Positions 11,364 to 19,717 of a stretch of DNA of 64,000 bases are shown here, piece by piece. The stretch is taken from contig JAJFKB010000001.1 of assembly GCA_021773395.1 (NCBI GenBank), positions 65,955 to 129,954 on the forward strand, read 5' to 3'. The translations under genes were made by a program, and so were the position numbers. The stretch comes from Gammaproteobacteria bacterium (GTDB lineage: Bacteria > Pseudomonadota > Gammaproteobacteria > Pseudomonadales > IMCC2047). The notes under the pieces are model-generated. The model was not told the origin of the DNA. It was given only the letters and a program-made list of their open reading frames with translations, and did not search any database. Each line of letters begins with the position of its first letter. The stretch's first letter is position 1.

Positions 11364-12524
11364 TTATCCGGGAAAATAAGCCATCGCTTTGAGCATTAAC
11401 AGCTGATGTGGGTGTGGCAATTCACTGACCGCTACGGTCGTTCGCGTAGGCCCGCTATAATCGAAATACTCACCATAGACCTGATTAAAAATCTCATAAT
11501 CCTTCATATTGATTAAAAATGCCTGAATCTCAACAATATCTTCGCGTTTCGCCCCGAAACTTTCGACAATATCAAAAAGATTATTCAGTGCCGCCTGCGT
11601 TTGACGCCGCATATCCAGCTTGGTTTGACCGTCCGCCCCCTGCACTACTCCAGGAAAGGTGTCGTCCTGCTGGCGTGCGCTGGTGCCGGACACCAGAATA
11701 AAATCACCCACTCTTTTGGCATGAGGGTAGTTACCCCGAGGCTTGGCCTTGTAGGGCAGCACCCTGTTTTCCATGTACAGTTCCCGGCGAATCTGCTCTG
11801 CATGATGCGTCAACCCGCCCATGTAACCTTCTATCTGCGCATTACTTAAAGATTTCACCTTTAGGGAAACGGAGAGCGCCGCCACCACATCGTTACGATC
11901 ATCATAGATCGGAACGGCAAGACAGGAAATATCATCAGCCAGCTCACCACAACTCAGCGCATAACCCTGCTGCACTATTACCCGCAACTGCTCAACCAAT
12001 GCCTCTCTGCTTGCAATGGTTTTCTCAGCAGCAGAATCAAAGACGATATCATCCAGCAGATAATCGAGCATTTTTGGCCGCAACCCCGCCAACAAAACTC
12101 GACCGGCGGCCGTGCAATAGGCTGGAAGCAGCTGATCCTCCAGCTGTGTCAACTCAACTGAGTGGGCACTTTTGCCAACCGCTATCTGAATTACCTTTTT
12201 ACCACTGAGCAACGAGACACTAACGCGTTCGGCAAACTGTGACGCCAATGCTTCTACATGGGGTTCAACCACATGCGTCATTAATTTGTTATGTTCTACT
12301 CGGCCGCCCAGCTCCGCCAGCAGGGTGCCCAATTGAAATCGATTATCACCGGTACGCGACACCACTCCTAAATTTTCAAGCGTAAGCAAAAAACGATGTG
12401 CCGTTGCCACCGTCATTTGAGTGCGCTGCGCCACCTCAGTTGCAGACAGGCGGCAGCCACCCGGAGAAAAAGCTTCCAGAATTTGAAACGCTTTTTGAAC
12501 CGAGGTATTTCTGGGAGTTGCCAT
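11364..12524 (-). CDS. IclR-family transcriptional regulator fused to a C-terminal RidA domain
   Basis: 386 aa. Residues about 1-250 are IclR-like (VQKAFQILEAF...LSATEVAQRT HTH, then an effector domain). Residues about 255-386 are a full RidA domain paralogous to the 10291..10725 product. Confidence 0.8.
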   Translation of the reverse strand: MATPRNTSVQKAFQILEAFSPGGCRLSATEVAQRTQMTVATAHRFLLTLENLGVVSRTGDNRFQLGTLLAELGGRVEHNKLMTHVVEPHVEALASQFAERVSVSLLSGKKVIQIAVGKSAHSVELTQLEDQLLPAYCTAAGRVLLAGLRPKMLDYLLDDIVFDSAAEKTIASREALVEQLRVIVQQGYALSCGELADDISCLAVPIYDDRNDVVAALSVSLKVKSLSNAQIEGYMGGLTHHAEQIRRELYMENRVLPYKAKPRGNYPHAKRVGDFILVSGTSARQQDDTFPGVVQGADGQTKLDMRRQTQAALNNLFDIVESFGAKREDIVEIQAFLINMKDYEIFNQVYGEYFDYSGPTRTTVAVSELPHPHQLLMLKAMAYFPG

Positions 12525-12537
12525 AGACTTTTTTGGA

Positions 12538-12558
12538 ATCGGTCAGAGAAAGACCGAT
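12538..12558. promoter_or_regulatory. perfect 7-bp inverted repeat ATCGGTC-N7-GACCGAT just upstream of the IclR-RidA gene
   Basis: Read directly, 14-34 nt upstream of the ATG at 12524. Candidate autoregulatory operator or 5' UTR hairpin. Confidence 0.3.
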
Positions 12559-12716
12559 AATAACCGAATTCTTACGAAATGAAATGCGTTCATCAACTAA
12601 AAAGCTGAAACGCAACCCGCCCAACGAGTCGGCACATCAACTCCATAAACCAACCAATTTTCAATTGTGAGCCTTGCCCAACCCTTAACCGCCAGGTATT
12701 TTTTTACACAGGTTAT

Positions 12717-13130
12717 TCAACGCTGCACAAAGAAACTACTGAACAGCAAATCCTCAATCATCACCTCCCCTTCCTCTTTTTTCATAATTTCCTGCAATTC
12801 GGACAGAGCCTGCAATCGAATCTGCTCTTTACCCTCCATGGTGGTTACTGATTCATCCGTTTGCTGACTGAGCACCATAATGATGGTATGGCGTAAAAAT
12901 GGAATATGATTATTCACCGCACGAAATGCCGATTGCGAGTCGACACGCAAAGAAACTTCAGCTTTAACGTATTTCAACTTGCCCGGCCCACCGTAGTTCG
13001 TTACAAAAGGGGGTTTCAGCTCTACATACCTCACCTCCTCTGCCAGCTTTTCACTCTCTTCATCCTCCGCGAATACTGAAACACTTAGAAAGGGGGCCAA
13101 GCACATCAGAATCAACCATTTAAATTTCAT
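12717..13130 (-). CDS. FliL-like flagellar basal-body-associated family protein
   Basis: 137 aa with a signal/anchor sequence. YVELKPPFVTNY...KAEVSLRV...HIPFLRHTIIMVLSQQ...GKEQIRLQAL...LLFSSFFVQ follows the FliL family pattern. Confidence 0.6.
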   Translation of the reverse strand: MKFKWLILMCLAPFLSVSVFAEDEESEKLAEEVRYVELKPPFVTNYGGPGKLKYVKAEVSLRVDSQSAFRAVNNHIPFLRHTIIMVLSQQTDESVTTMEGKEQIRLQALSELQEIMKKEEGEVMIEDLLFSSFFVQR

Positions 13131-13434
13131 TACTCACATACTCCACAGTTTTTTAAGCTAAAACCAACAACACCAGCCAAGCTGTTCGTGATTCAAGCTG
13201 TTCGTGATTCAAGTTGAATTGCATCCGTATCCGCGCCTTCACACTATGGTTTTTTCTGAACCCGCTGCAACGCGGAGATCGCAGCTAACAGAAAAGACTC
13301 TAACCATCGATACCGAAGAAACTTGAACAATTAGGTTTCAATTTCCAAGGGTGTTTTTATAATAAGGCTCAAATTAATTATAGATGGCGAAGCGCCCCTG
13401 TCTAGGTCGCCCGCCTATCATCCAAGATTATTTT

Positions 13435-13932
13435 ATGAAAATACTTTTTACCCCGCGAAACCTCAACCTGTTCGGCTTCATTTGTTGCGCAGGACTAATA
13501 CTGACAGCCTTCTACTTTCAATACATGAAGAACCTCGAACCCTGCCCCCTCTGTATGGCACAACGCATCGTTATTTATGCCGCCGGCCTGTTTTTTCTAA
13601 TAGCAGCGTTACATAATCCTGCGCTGACGGGGCGGCGCATTTACGCAGCTCTAACACTATTCTTCAGTTTTGCCGGTATCGGACTGGCGAGCCGACAACT
13701 GTGGCTGCAAAGCTTACCCAAGGACCGGGTACCCGCCTGTGGACCAGGCCTCGAATATATGATGGATGTCTTACCTTGGACCGAAGTGGTCAGCATTATG
13801 CTCCGTGGCACCGGTGATTGTGCCGAAGTACAGTGGACCTTTTTGTCATTAAGTATACCGGGATGGTCCTTTATCGCTTTTTGCGGCTTTGTCCTCATCA
13901 GCCTTATGCTATTGAAACGTCAGCCGATATAA
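13435..13932 (+). CDS. dsbB: disulfide bond formation protein B
   Basis: The ORF is open from 13384, but MKILFTPRNLNLFGF at 13435 gives the typical length of about 165 aa. It has four TM segments, the CPLC active-site pair and a second Cys pair (C...C) in the periplasmic loop. Confidence 0.85.
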   Translation: MKILFTPRNLNLFGFICCAGLILTAFYFQYMKNLEPCPLCMAQRIVIYAAGLFFLIAALHNPALTGRRIYAALTLFFSFAGIGLASRQLWLQSLPKDRVPACGPGLEYMMDVLPWTEVVSIMLRGTGDCAEVQWTFLSLSIPGWSFIAFCGFVLISLMLLKRQPI

Positions 13933-13953
13933 AGAAAAACCGGACAACTGAAA

Positions 13954-14958
13954 ATGCCAAAAAACCCTGTTAACTTTAGGCCCGCCTGCTCATATATTAT
14001 CGGCTTATATCTGCTGCTTTTGCTCAGCGGTTGTGACGAAGCCACGCCGCCTAAGAGCAGTTGGGAAAATGCAGTTCAGGGGCTTTATACAGCAGCACTT
14101 TCGAATGATGGTAAATATGGTATTTCCGGATCAATTAATCATGGCGGTGCGCTGTGGGACATGGAGAGCAAGGAGCGCCTGTACAACTGGAATCACACCA
14201 AAGGCGAATATACCGGCATAGTAGCCGCTGCAGTGTCTCCTGAAAACCGATATGCAGCAACGGCATCGCACCGCACGATTGTCCTCTGGGAAGTAGCCAA
14301 CGGTTCGCCGATATGGTTTTGGACTGCTCCAGGCAATATTCTGAGTATGGCGCTGACTCCCAATGGAGATTACGCACTGCTGGGTCTGGATAACCATACC
14401 GCAGTCGTGTTTGATATCAAAAATGGAGGCGTCAAAAGAACGCTGCACCATAACAGCAGAGTGCGCAGTGTGGCGCTGAGCAATGATGCAAAATACGCGC
14501 TGACCGGCTCAGATGATAGGACAGCAAAGCTTTGGGAACTACAATCCGGTGAGATGCTGCATACCTGGAAGCACGAGAATCAAGTAATCACCGTGCGACT
14601 TTCCAGCTCCGGACAATACGCTTTCAGCGCAGCACAGGGCGATAGAGCGGTGATCTGGAATACCGGTAACGGCAGCATTAAAAAAGAACTACCCATTAAA
14701 AAAGGCCCCTATATTGCCAGCGCCGCCTATACTGCCGCCAGCTTTTCCGATGATGAGACTGAATTGCTGACCGGAACCAACAGCCAGCTGGTGCAATTAT
14801 GGAAAATTCAAAATGGAGAAGCGATCAAAAGCTGGAAAGTCGGCAAAAAAGACAGATGGAAACCAACCTCCGCAACCGTATTAGCTGTCAGCTTTAGCAA
14901 CAAAAGGGGACGCTATTTTGCGATCGCCTCCAATGGCATGAGTTACGAATTTCAATAG
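13954..14958 (+). CDS. WD40-repeat lipoprotein
   Basis: 334 aa with an LLLLSGC lipobox. Repeated blades end in LWE/IWN/LWK (TIVLWEVANG, TAKLWELQSG, AVIWNTGNG, VQLWKIQNG). Confidence 0.75.
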   Translation: MPKNPVNFRPACSYIIGLYLLLLLSGCDEATPPKSSWENAVQGLYTAALSNDGKYGISGSINHGGALWDMESKERLYNWNHTKGEYTGIVAAAVSPENRYAATASHRTIVLWEVANGSPIWFWTAPGNILSMALTPNGDYALLGLDNHTAVVFDIKNGGVKRTLHHNSRVRSVALSNDAKYALTGSDDRTAKLWELQSGEMLHTWKHENQVITVRLSSSGQYAFSAAQGDRAVIWNTGNGSIKKELPIKKGPYIASAAYTAASFSDDETELLTGTNSQLVQLWKIQNGEAIKSWKVGKKDRWKPTSATVLAVSFSNKRGRYFAIASNGMSYEFQ

Positions 14959-15000
14959 CCATCGCACAGGATCTTTACCTTTCAGCCAGCTTAGCCTCGA

Positions 15001-15531
15001 CTAACTATCAGCACAGCTTAGAAATACATTGTCTCCTTTATCCACCAATACCAGATCAATAAGCCTTTGCATTTCATCGCGCCACGGCTCTAAATCAATC
15101 TGCGCTGACTGCATATAAGTCTCAAGATTAATTTTTGCAAGATGCCTTTCCGGCCGGTTAGATTCCGGCATCTGCGGCGCCATTCGATACAACAGATTCT
15201 GTTCAACTCTTTCTATATCCAGCTCCGCCTCCTTCAATTTCAGGTAAAGCTTGGGCTGACCAATACTCATGCCAATCCTTTTCATGCCATAACGGGCGCT
15301 ACGCAAAGGCAGCAGCACTTCCTCGCTACATTGACGCAACGCATCACTCTGCAACAATGGCTCCATTTCCAGTATCCGTCCGCGCTTTGCCAACCATAAA
15401 CAAAAGAGCAGCACATTCACTCTGAGATCACATTTGTCCTGAAAAGTCAGACAAATACCAGCAACACCCGGAGTATCGTAATGAAGCAATGAAAAATCCC
15501 AAAAAGGATTGTCTCTTGAAGTAGTTACCAT
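15001..15531 (-). CDS. TIGR02444/DUF2390-family conserved hypothetical protein
   Basis: 176 aa. The NPFWDFSLLHYDTPGVAGICLTFQDKCDLRVNVLLFCLWLA N-terminus matches my memory of this gammaproteobacterial family. Confidence 0.55.
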   Translation of the reverse strand: MVTTSRDNPFWDFSLLHYDTPGVAGICLTFQDKCDLRVNVLLFCLWLAKRGRILEMEPLLQSDALRQCSEEVLLPLRSARYGMKRIGMSIGQPKLYLKLKEAELDIERVEQNLLYRMAPQMPESNRPERHLAKINLETYMQSAQIDLEPWRDEMQRLIDLVLVDKGDNVFLSCADS

Positions 15532-15626
15532 AAAAAATCCGCTATCAATCTATCTTATTCAACCGCAACGCAACTGCGCAAAACCGTTTTACCACTATTC
15601 ATCAAAGCCTGATAATCGAATGACTA

Positions 15627-16706
15627 TTAGCTTGGATAGCAGGCGTCCGGAATAGTCCGCAGCCACCCGAAACTATCTTCCAAACGGCTTTCCTGAATTC
15701 CCAAAAGTGATTCTCGAAGCCTCAATGAAAGATCACCATTGGATTTTACCAGTTGATAGCGGGTACCGTCATACTCACCGAGGGTACTAATTGGGCTAAT
15801 GATCGCTCCCGTACCACAACAGAACACCTCACTACATTCACCAGATTGAATCTGTGCTATTAGCTCATCAATATTGATTGCACGCTGATGTATCTGCACG
15901 CCCATCAGCTCAGCCAGGCTCAAAATCGAATCGCGAGTAACCCCATCCAGTAAAGACCCGGTCAGCCGGGGCGTATGCAGCTCACCATTGATAACCGCAA
16001 AAAAGTTCATCACCGAAAGCTCTTCGATATTTTTCTGATCTCTGGGATCCAGCCATAACGACTGATCGAAACCCATTGACTGTGCATGCTGTCTTGAGGC
16101 AAAACTGGATGCATAATTCCCACCGGTTTTTGCACCCCCGGTACCGCCCAGCGCCGCTCGGGTAAAATCACGTTCGATCAACACCTTCATTGTGCCAGGG
16201 TGCATCGCCTCAGAGGGACTGGAAATAACCATATAGGTAAACTGATTGCCCCCCGAAACACCTAAATTGGTTTCAGATGCAAACATAAAGGGACGAAGGT
16301 AAAGTGACTCACCGGATTTCTCTGGAATAATCGTCTCGCTATAGGCCGTCACCAGATTAACCCCCTCCATAAAGAGCTCCTCGGGTATTTTCGGCATTGC
16401 CATACGCTGCGCGGACTGGTTAAATCGCGCCCAATTACGCTCGGGTCGAAACAGGGTAGCACGCTGCTGGTTGACCCGGTAAGCTTTCATCCCTTCAAAA
16501 ATCTCCTGACCATAATGCAGTACCTTGGCGCTTGGCTGAAGCGATAGAGGTTTGTTCGCCTCCAACAGACCGTCGCCCCATTTGCCATCGACATATTCCA
16601 CGGAATACATAATTGGCCCGGGAGCTAACCCAAATGGCAATTTCACAGGCAACTGGTAACTGCTTAACGCGGCAGCAATATCTTCATGAATCTTATAATT
16701 TGACAC
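15627..16706 (-). CDS. ilvE: branched-chain amino acid aminotransferase (long, about 360-aa class IV type)
   Basis: 359 aa. HYGQEIFEGMKAYR, LYLRPF, GGAKTGGNYASS and GVTRDSIL motifs of fold type IV BCAT. Confidence 0.85.
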   Translation of the reverse strand: MSNYKIHEDIAAALSSYQLPVKLPFGLAPGPIMYSVEYVDGKWGDGLLEANKPLSLQPSAKVLHYGQEIFEGMKAYRVNQQRATLFRPERNWARFNQSAQRMAMPKIPEELFMEGVNLVTAYSETIIPEKSGESLYLRPFMFASETNLGVSGGNQFTYMVISSPSEAMHPGTMKVLIERDFTRAALGGTGGAKTGGNYASSFASRQHAQSMGFDQSLWLDPRDQKNIEELSVMNFFAVINGELHTPRLTGSLLDGVTRDSILSLAELMGVQIHQRAINIDELIAQIQSGECSEVFCCGTGAIISPISTLGEYDGTRYQLVKSNGDLSLRLRESLLGIQESRLEDSFGWLRTIPDACYPS

Positions 16707-16745
16707 TTAAAAACTAACTCCTGATTACTCCATCGGTGCTATTTA

Positions 16746-16791
16746 CTGTACTTTTCACTGTATTTTTCAGCTTATGTAATGAATCTGTCAT
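16746..16791 (+). promoter_or_regulatory. Pho-box-like direct repeats (CTGTAC, CTGTAT, CTGTCAT) in the ilvE-phoB intergenic region
   Basis: CTGTACTTTTCACTGTATTTTTCA (12-nt period), then CTGTCATATTG at 16785. Resembles CTGTCAT-type PhoB half-sites, but spacing is imperfect and the site lies over 220 nt from the phoB ATG. Confidence 0.25.
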
Positions 16792-17013
16792 ATTGAATTG
16801 CTCTAATGTAACATCGGCGCACGGCAAAGGAAATCAGGCGAAATCGGATTATTGGGGAATAGCAGATTCTCAAGTAGCGTTAAGAAGCGTATCCAGACAA
16901 AACCAACCAAGGAGCCTTTGACTCGATGCTTTACATTCAGCCGGTAATATCAAAAATTTATCAACGGTCTCCAACGCTATGGTAGCAGAAGACCTGGCTT
17001 TACGGACAAAAAC

Positions 17014-17709
17014 ATGAGCGATCAAACCATACTGATTGTCGATGATGAGGCTTCCATTCGAGACATGATAGCCTTGACACTTGAGCTGAACGGATACAAT
17101 TGCTTGCAGGCCGGCGATGCCATGACCGCCCATACAATTATTATGGATAATCGTCCGGATTTAATACTGCTGGATTGGATGATGCCGGGTATCAGTGGTA
17201 TTGAACTGTCGCGCCGTTTGCGACGCGAGAACTCAACCAAACAGATCCCCATCATTATGATTACCGCAAAGGGAGAAGAGGCCAACAAGGTGGAGGGCCT
17301 GGAAACGGGTGCTGACGATTACGTCACCAAACCTTTTTCAACCAAGGAACTAATGGCCCGCATCAAGGCACTGCTAAGACGCACCAGCGAGGAATCCGAT
17401 CAACAGATGATTAACTACGATGGCCTGCTGCTGGATCAAGATGCACATCGGATCAGCGCCAACAACCAGGAGGTCAAGCTTGGGCCTACCGAATACAAAC
17501 TACTTCAATTTTTTATGTGCCACCCCGATCGAGCCTATTCACGGGAGCAGTTGCTTGATTTGGTCTGGGGAGGTAATGTGCATATCGATGACCGAACCGT
17601 AGATGTGCATATCCGGCGCCTACGAAAAACACTGGCAGACTTCGGCTATGACAAGTACATACAGACCGTGAGAGGTACCGGTTATCGTTTTTCATCAACG
17701 CGACCATAA
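17014..17709 (+). CDS. phoB: phosphate regulon response regulator
   Basis: 231 aa with a receiver domain (ILIVDDE...DLILLDWMMPG) and an OmpR/PhoB winged helix. Immediately followed by phoR. Confidence 0.92.
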   Translation: MSDQTILIVDDEASIRDMIALTLELNGYNCLQAGDAMTAHTIIMDNRPDLILLDWMMPGISGIELSRRLRRENSTKQIPIIMITAKGEEANKVEGLETGADDYVTKPFSTKELMARIKALLRRTSEESDQQMINYDGLLLDQDAHRISANNQEVKLGPTEYKLLQFFMCHPDRAYSREQLLDLVWGGNVHIDDRTVDVHIRRLRKTLADFGYDKYIQTVRGTGYRFSSTRP

Positions 17710-17717
17710 AATACCAA

Positions 17718-19034
17718 GTGAACTTTAATCCCGAATCAGAATTACGCCATCTTGCCATATTGCTGCTTACCGCACTCATCACAGGCTGGCTGCTTGATGC
17801 GTTAACGATCGTACTGATACTGACGCTGATCGGTTATATTGGCTGGAATCTACGCCAGCTATTTCGAATGTACCAATGGCTTAAGCAACCCAACACCATC
17901 GACCCGCCAACCAGCCACGGCCTGTGGGGAGAGATTTTCGATGATATCTATAAACTGCAACAGCATCAGCTAAAATACCGCGCTCGATTAAAACGTGTCA
18001 TCAAACGTTTTCGCGACTCCACCTTTGCGCTGCGAGATGGATTTGTGATGCTCGACCAGGAAGGCAATATTGAATGGTGGAATCCTGCGGCCGAAAGACT
18101 ACTTGGATTGGTACAAAAAACCGATGTGGGGCAACTGCTGACCAATCTGATTCGCGATCCGGCATTCAAAACTTATTTTGAAAAAAATGACTACGAGAAG
18201 CCATTGGAACTGACTTCCCCGGTTAACGATAACGTCATTCTGCAATACCAGATCGCGCTATTCGGCAAACAGGACAGACTGATAATCGTACGTGATATTA
18301 CTGAAATGAAAAAACTGGAGCAGGTAAGAACCGACTTCGTCGCCAACATGTCGCACGAAATCCGCACCCCCATTACTGTGTTGGCAGGTTACCTGGAAAC
18401 TCTATCCGAGTCAGGTGAGGATATCCCGCCACTTTGGCAGCGCGCGCTATCCAATATGCAGCAGCAGACCGAGCGTATGAAAGCGCTGATTCAGGATCTG
18501 CTGACACTATCCAAACTGGAGACGCGACGAGCATCGGCGCTGCCGCAACTGGTCGAAGTTGACAAATTGATCCATCGTGTCAGCAGCGATTTAGCCACAC
18601 CCCTTGCAGAAAAGAAACAAACGCTGAAGGTCGATTGCTCATCGAGTTGCGCTATTTCCGGGATCGAATCGGAGCTTTACAGTCTGCTATCCAACCTGAT
18701 CGCCAACGCCAACAAATACTCACCAAAAGGTAGCCAGATCAGTATTTGCTGGGCCAGCAGCCCAACAGGTGGGCAACTATCCGTGCAGGACCAGGGGATT
18801 GGAATTGACCATCGTGACATCCCCCGACTCACTGAACGATTTTACCGTGTTGAAAAGGGAAGAGCCTCGGACACTGGCGGCACCGGACTCGGATTAGCCA
18901 TTGTCAAACATATATTGATTAACCACGACGCCACTTTGGATATCAACAGCACACCGGGGAACGGCAGCACCTTTATCTGCAAGTTTCCCAACCAAAGATT
19001 GCATACCATCACGCAGACAGCAGCTAACGCCTGA
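17718..19034 (+). CDS. phoR: phosphate regulon sensor histidine kinase
   Basis: 438 aa with a GTG start. Two N-terminal TM segments, a PAS domain, the H-box FVANMSHEIRTP, and N/G boxes (ANANKYSP, GTGLGLAIVKH). Confidence 0.9.
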   Translation: MNFNPESELRHLAILLLTALITGWLLDALTIVLILTLIGYIGWNLRQLFRMYQWLKQPNTIDPPTSHGLWGEIFDDIYKLQQHQLKYRARLKRVIKRFRDSTFALRDGFVMLDQEGNIEWWNPAAERLLGLVQKTDVGQLLTNLIRDPAFKTYFEKNDYEKPLELTSPVNDNVILQYQIALFGKQDRLIIVRDITEMKKLEQVRTDFVANMSHEIRTPITVLAGYLETLSESGEDIPPLWQRALSNMQQQTERMKALIQDLLTLSKLETRRASALPQLVEVDKLIHRVSSDLATPLAEKKQTLKVDCSSSCAISGIESELYSLLSNLIANANKYSPKGSQISICWASSPTGGQLSVQDQGIGIDHRDIPRLTERFYRVEKGRASDTGGTGLGLAIVKHILINHDATLDINSTPGNGSTFICKFPNQRLHTITQTAANA

Positions 19035-19094
19035 ATCTCAATTGGCCAATAATACAGCAGCCGGCAATACCTGACCCGCACGATGGTAATAAAA

Positions 19095-19640
19095 TCATCT
19101 GCCCTTTAGCATTCTTATAAGCGTTCTGTCCTTATCAAAGAGATGATGTTTGATCGCTGCCAAACCATGAATGACAATCAAAACCACAAGCAATGTCCCG
19201 GTGAGATGATGGGCTTGATGCATAATATCGCCAAAGAATTCGTTTTCTGCCACCAATGCCGGCAGTGTAAAGAGCCCGAAAAAGGAGACATCGTAATCGG
19301 CCGATTGCGACATCAATATACCAAATACAGGCTGCGCAAAAAGAGTCGCATACAACAACAGATGCATCAGGTGAGCCAGTTTTTTTTCGAGTGGGGTTTT
19401 CGCCAATGGTTCAGGACGCTCATTATTAACACGCCAGATAAAACGCAGAAAAATCAGGCCCAGCAACAGTACGCCAATCGACTTGTGTATGCCAATTTGT
19501 GCAAATTTTTCAGGGCCATCGGGCATGTCCTCGGCCGAACCGATAACGAGGATCGTGCCTATAATGAGCATAAAAAACGCCCAGTGAAAGATGATTGAGA
19601 CTAACCCGTAGCTTTGCCTAGTATTTTTTAACATACCCAT
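19095..19640 (-). CDS. cytochrome b561 family protein
   Basis: 181 aa with four TM helices and conserved His residues (IIFHW, IGIHKS, LMHLLLY, HQAHH), like CybB-type b561. Confidence 0.8.
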   Translation of the reverse strand: MGMLKNTRQSYGLVSIIFHWAFFMLIIGTILVIGSAEDMPDGPEKFAQIGIHKSIGVLLLGLIFLRFIWRVNNERPEPLAKTPLEKKLAHLMHLLLYATLFAQPVFGILMSQSADYDVSFFGLFTLPALVAENEFFGDIMHQAHHLTGTLLVVLIVIHGLAAIKHHLFDKDRTLIRMLKGR

Positions 19641-19717
19641 TTCCCCCCTTTCCCTGAGCTGAATCTACCTGTAATAAAGGTTTCTGCCTGCCTTCCAGTA
19701 AACAACTTTAATCGCAC

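Noticed and set aside
13179-13216. Short tandem repeats here and at 36514-36543, considered as possible CRISPR-like or minisatellite arrays.
   Set aside because: There are only two copies each, with 15-16-nt units, no spacers and no cas genes anywhere in the window.
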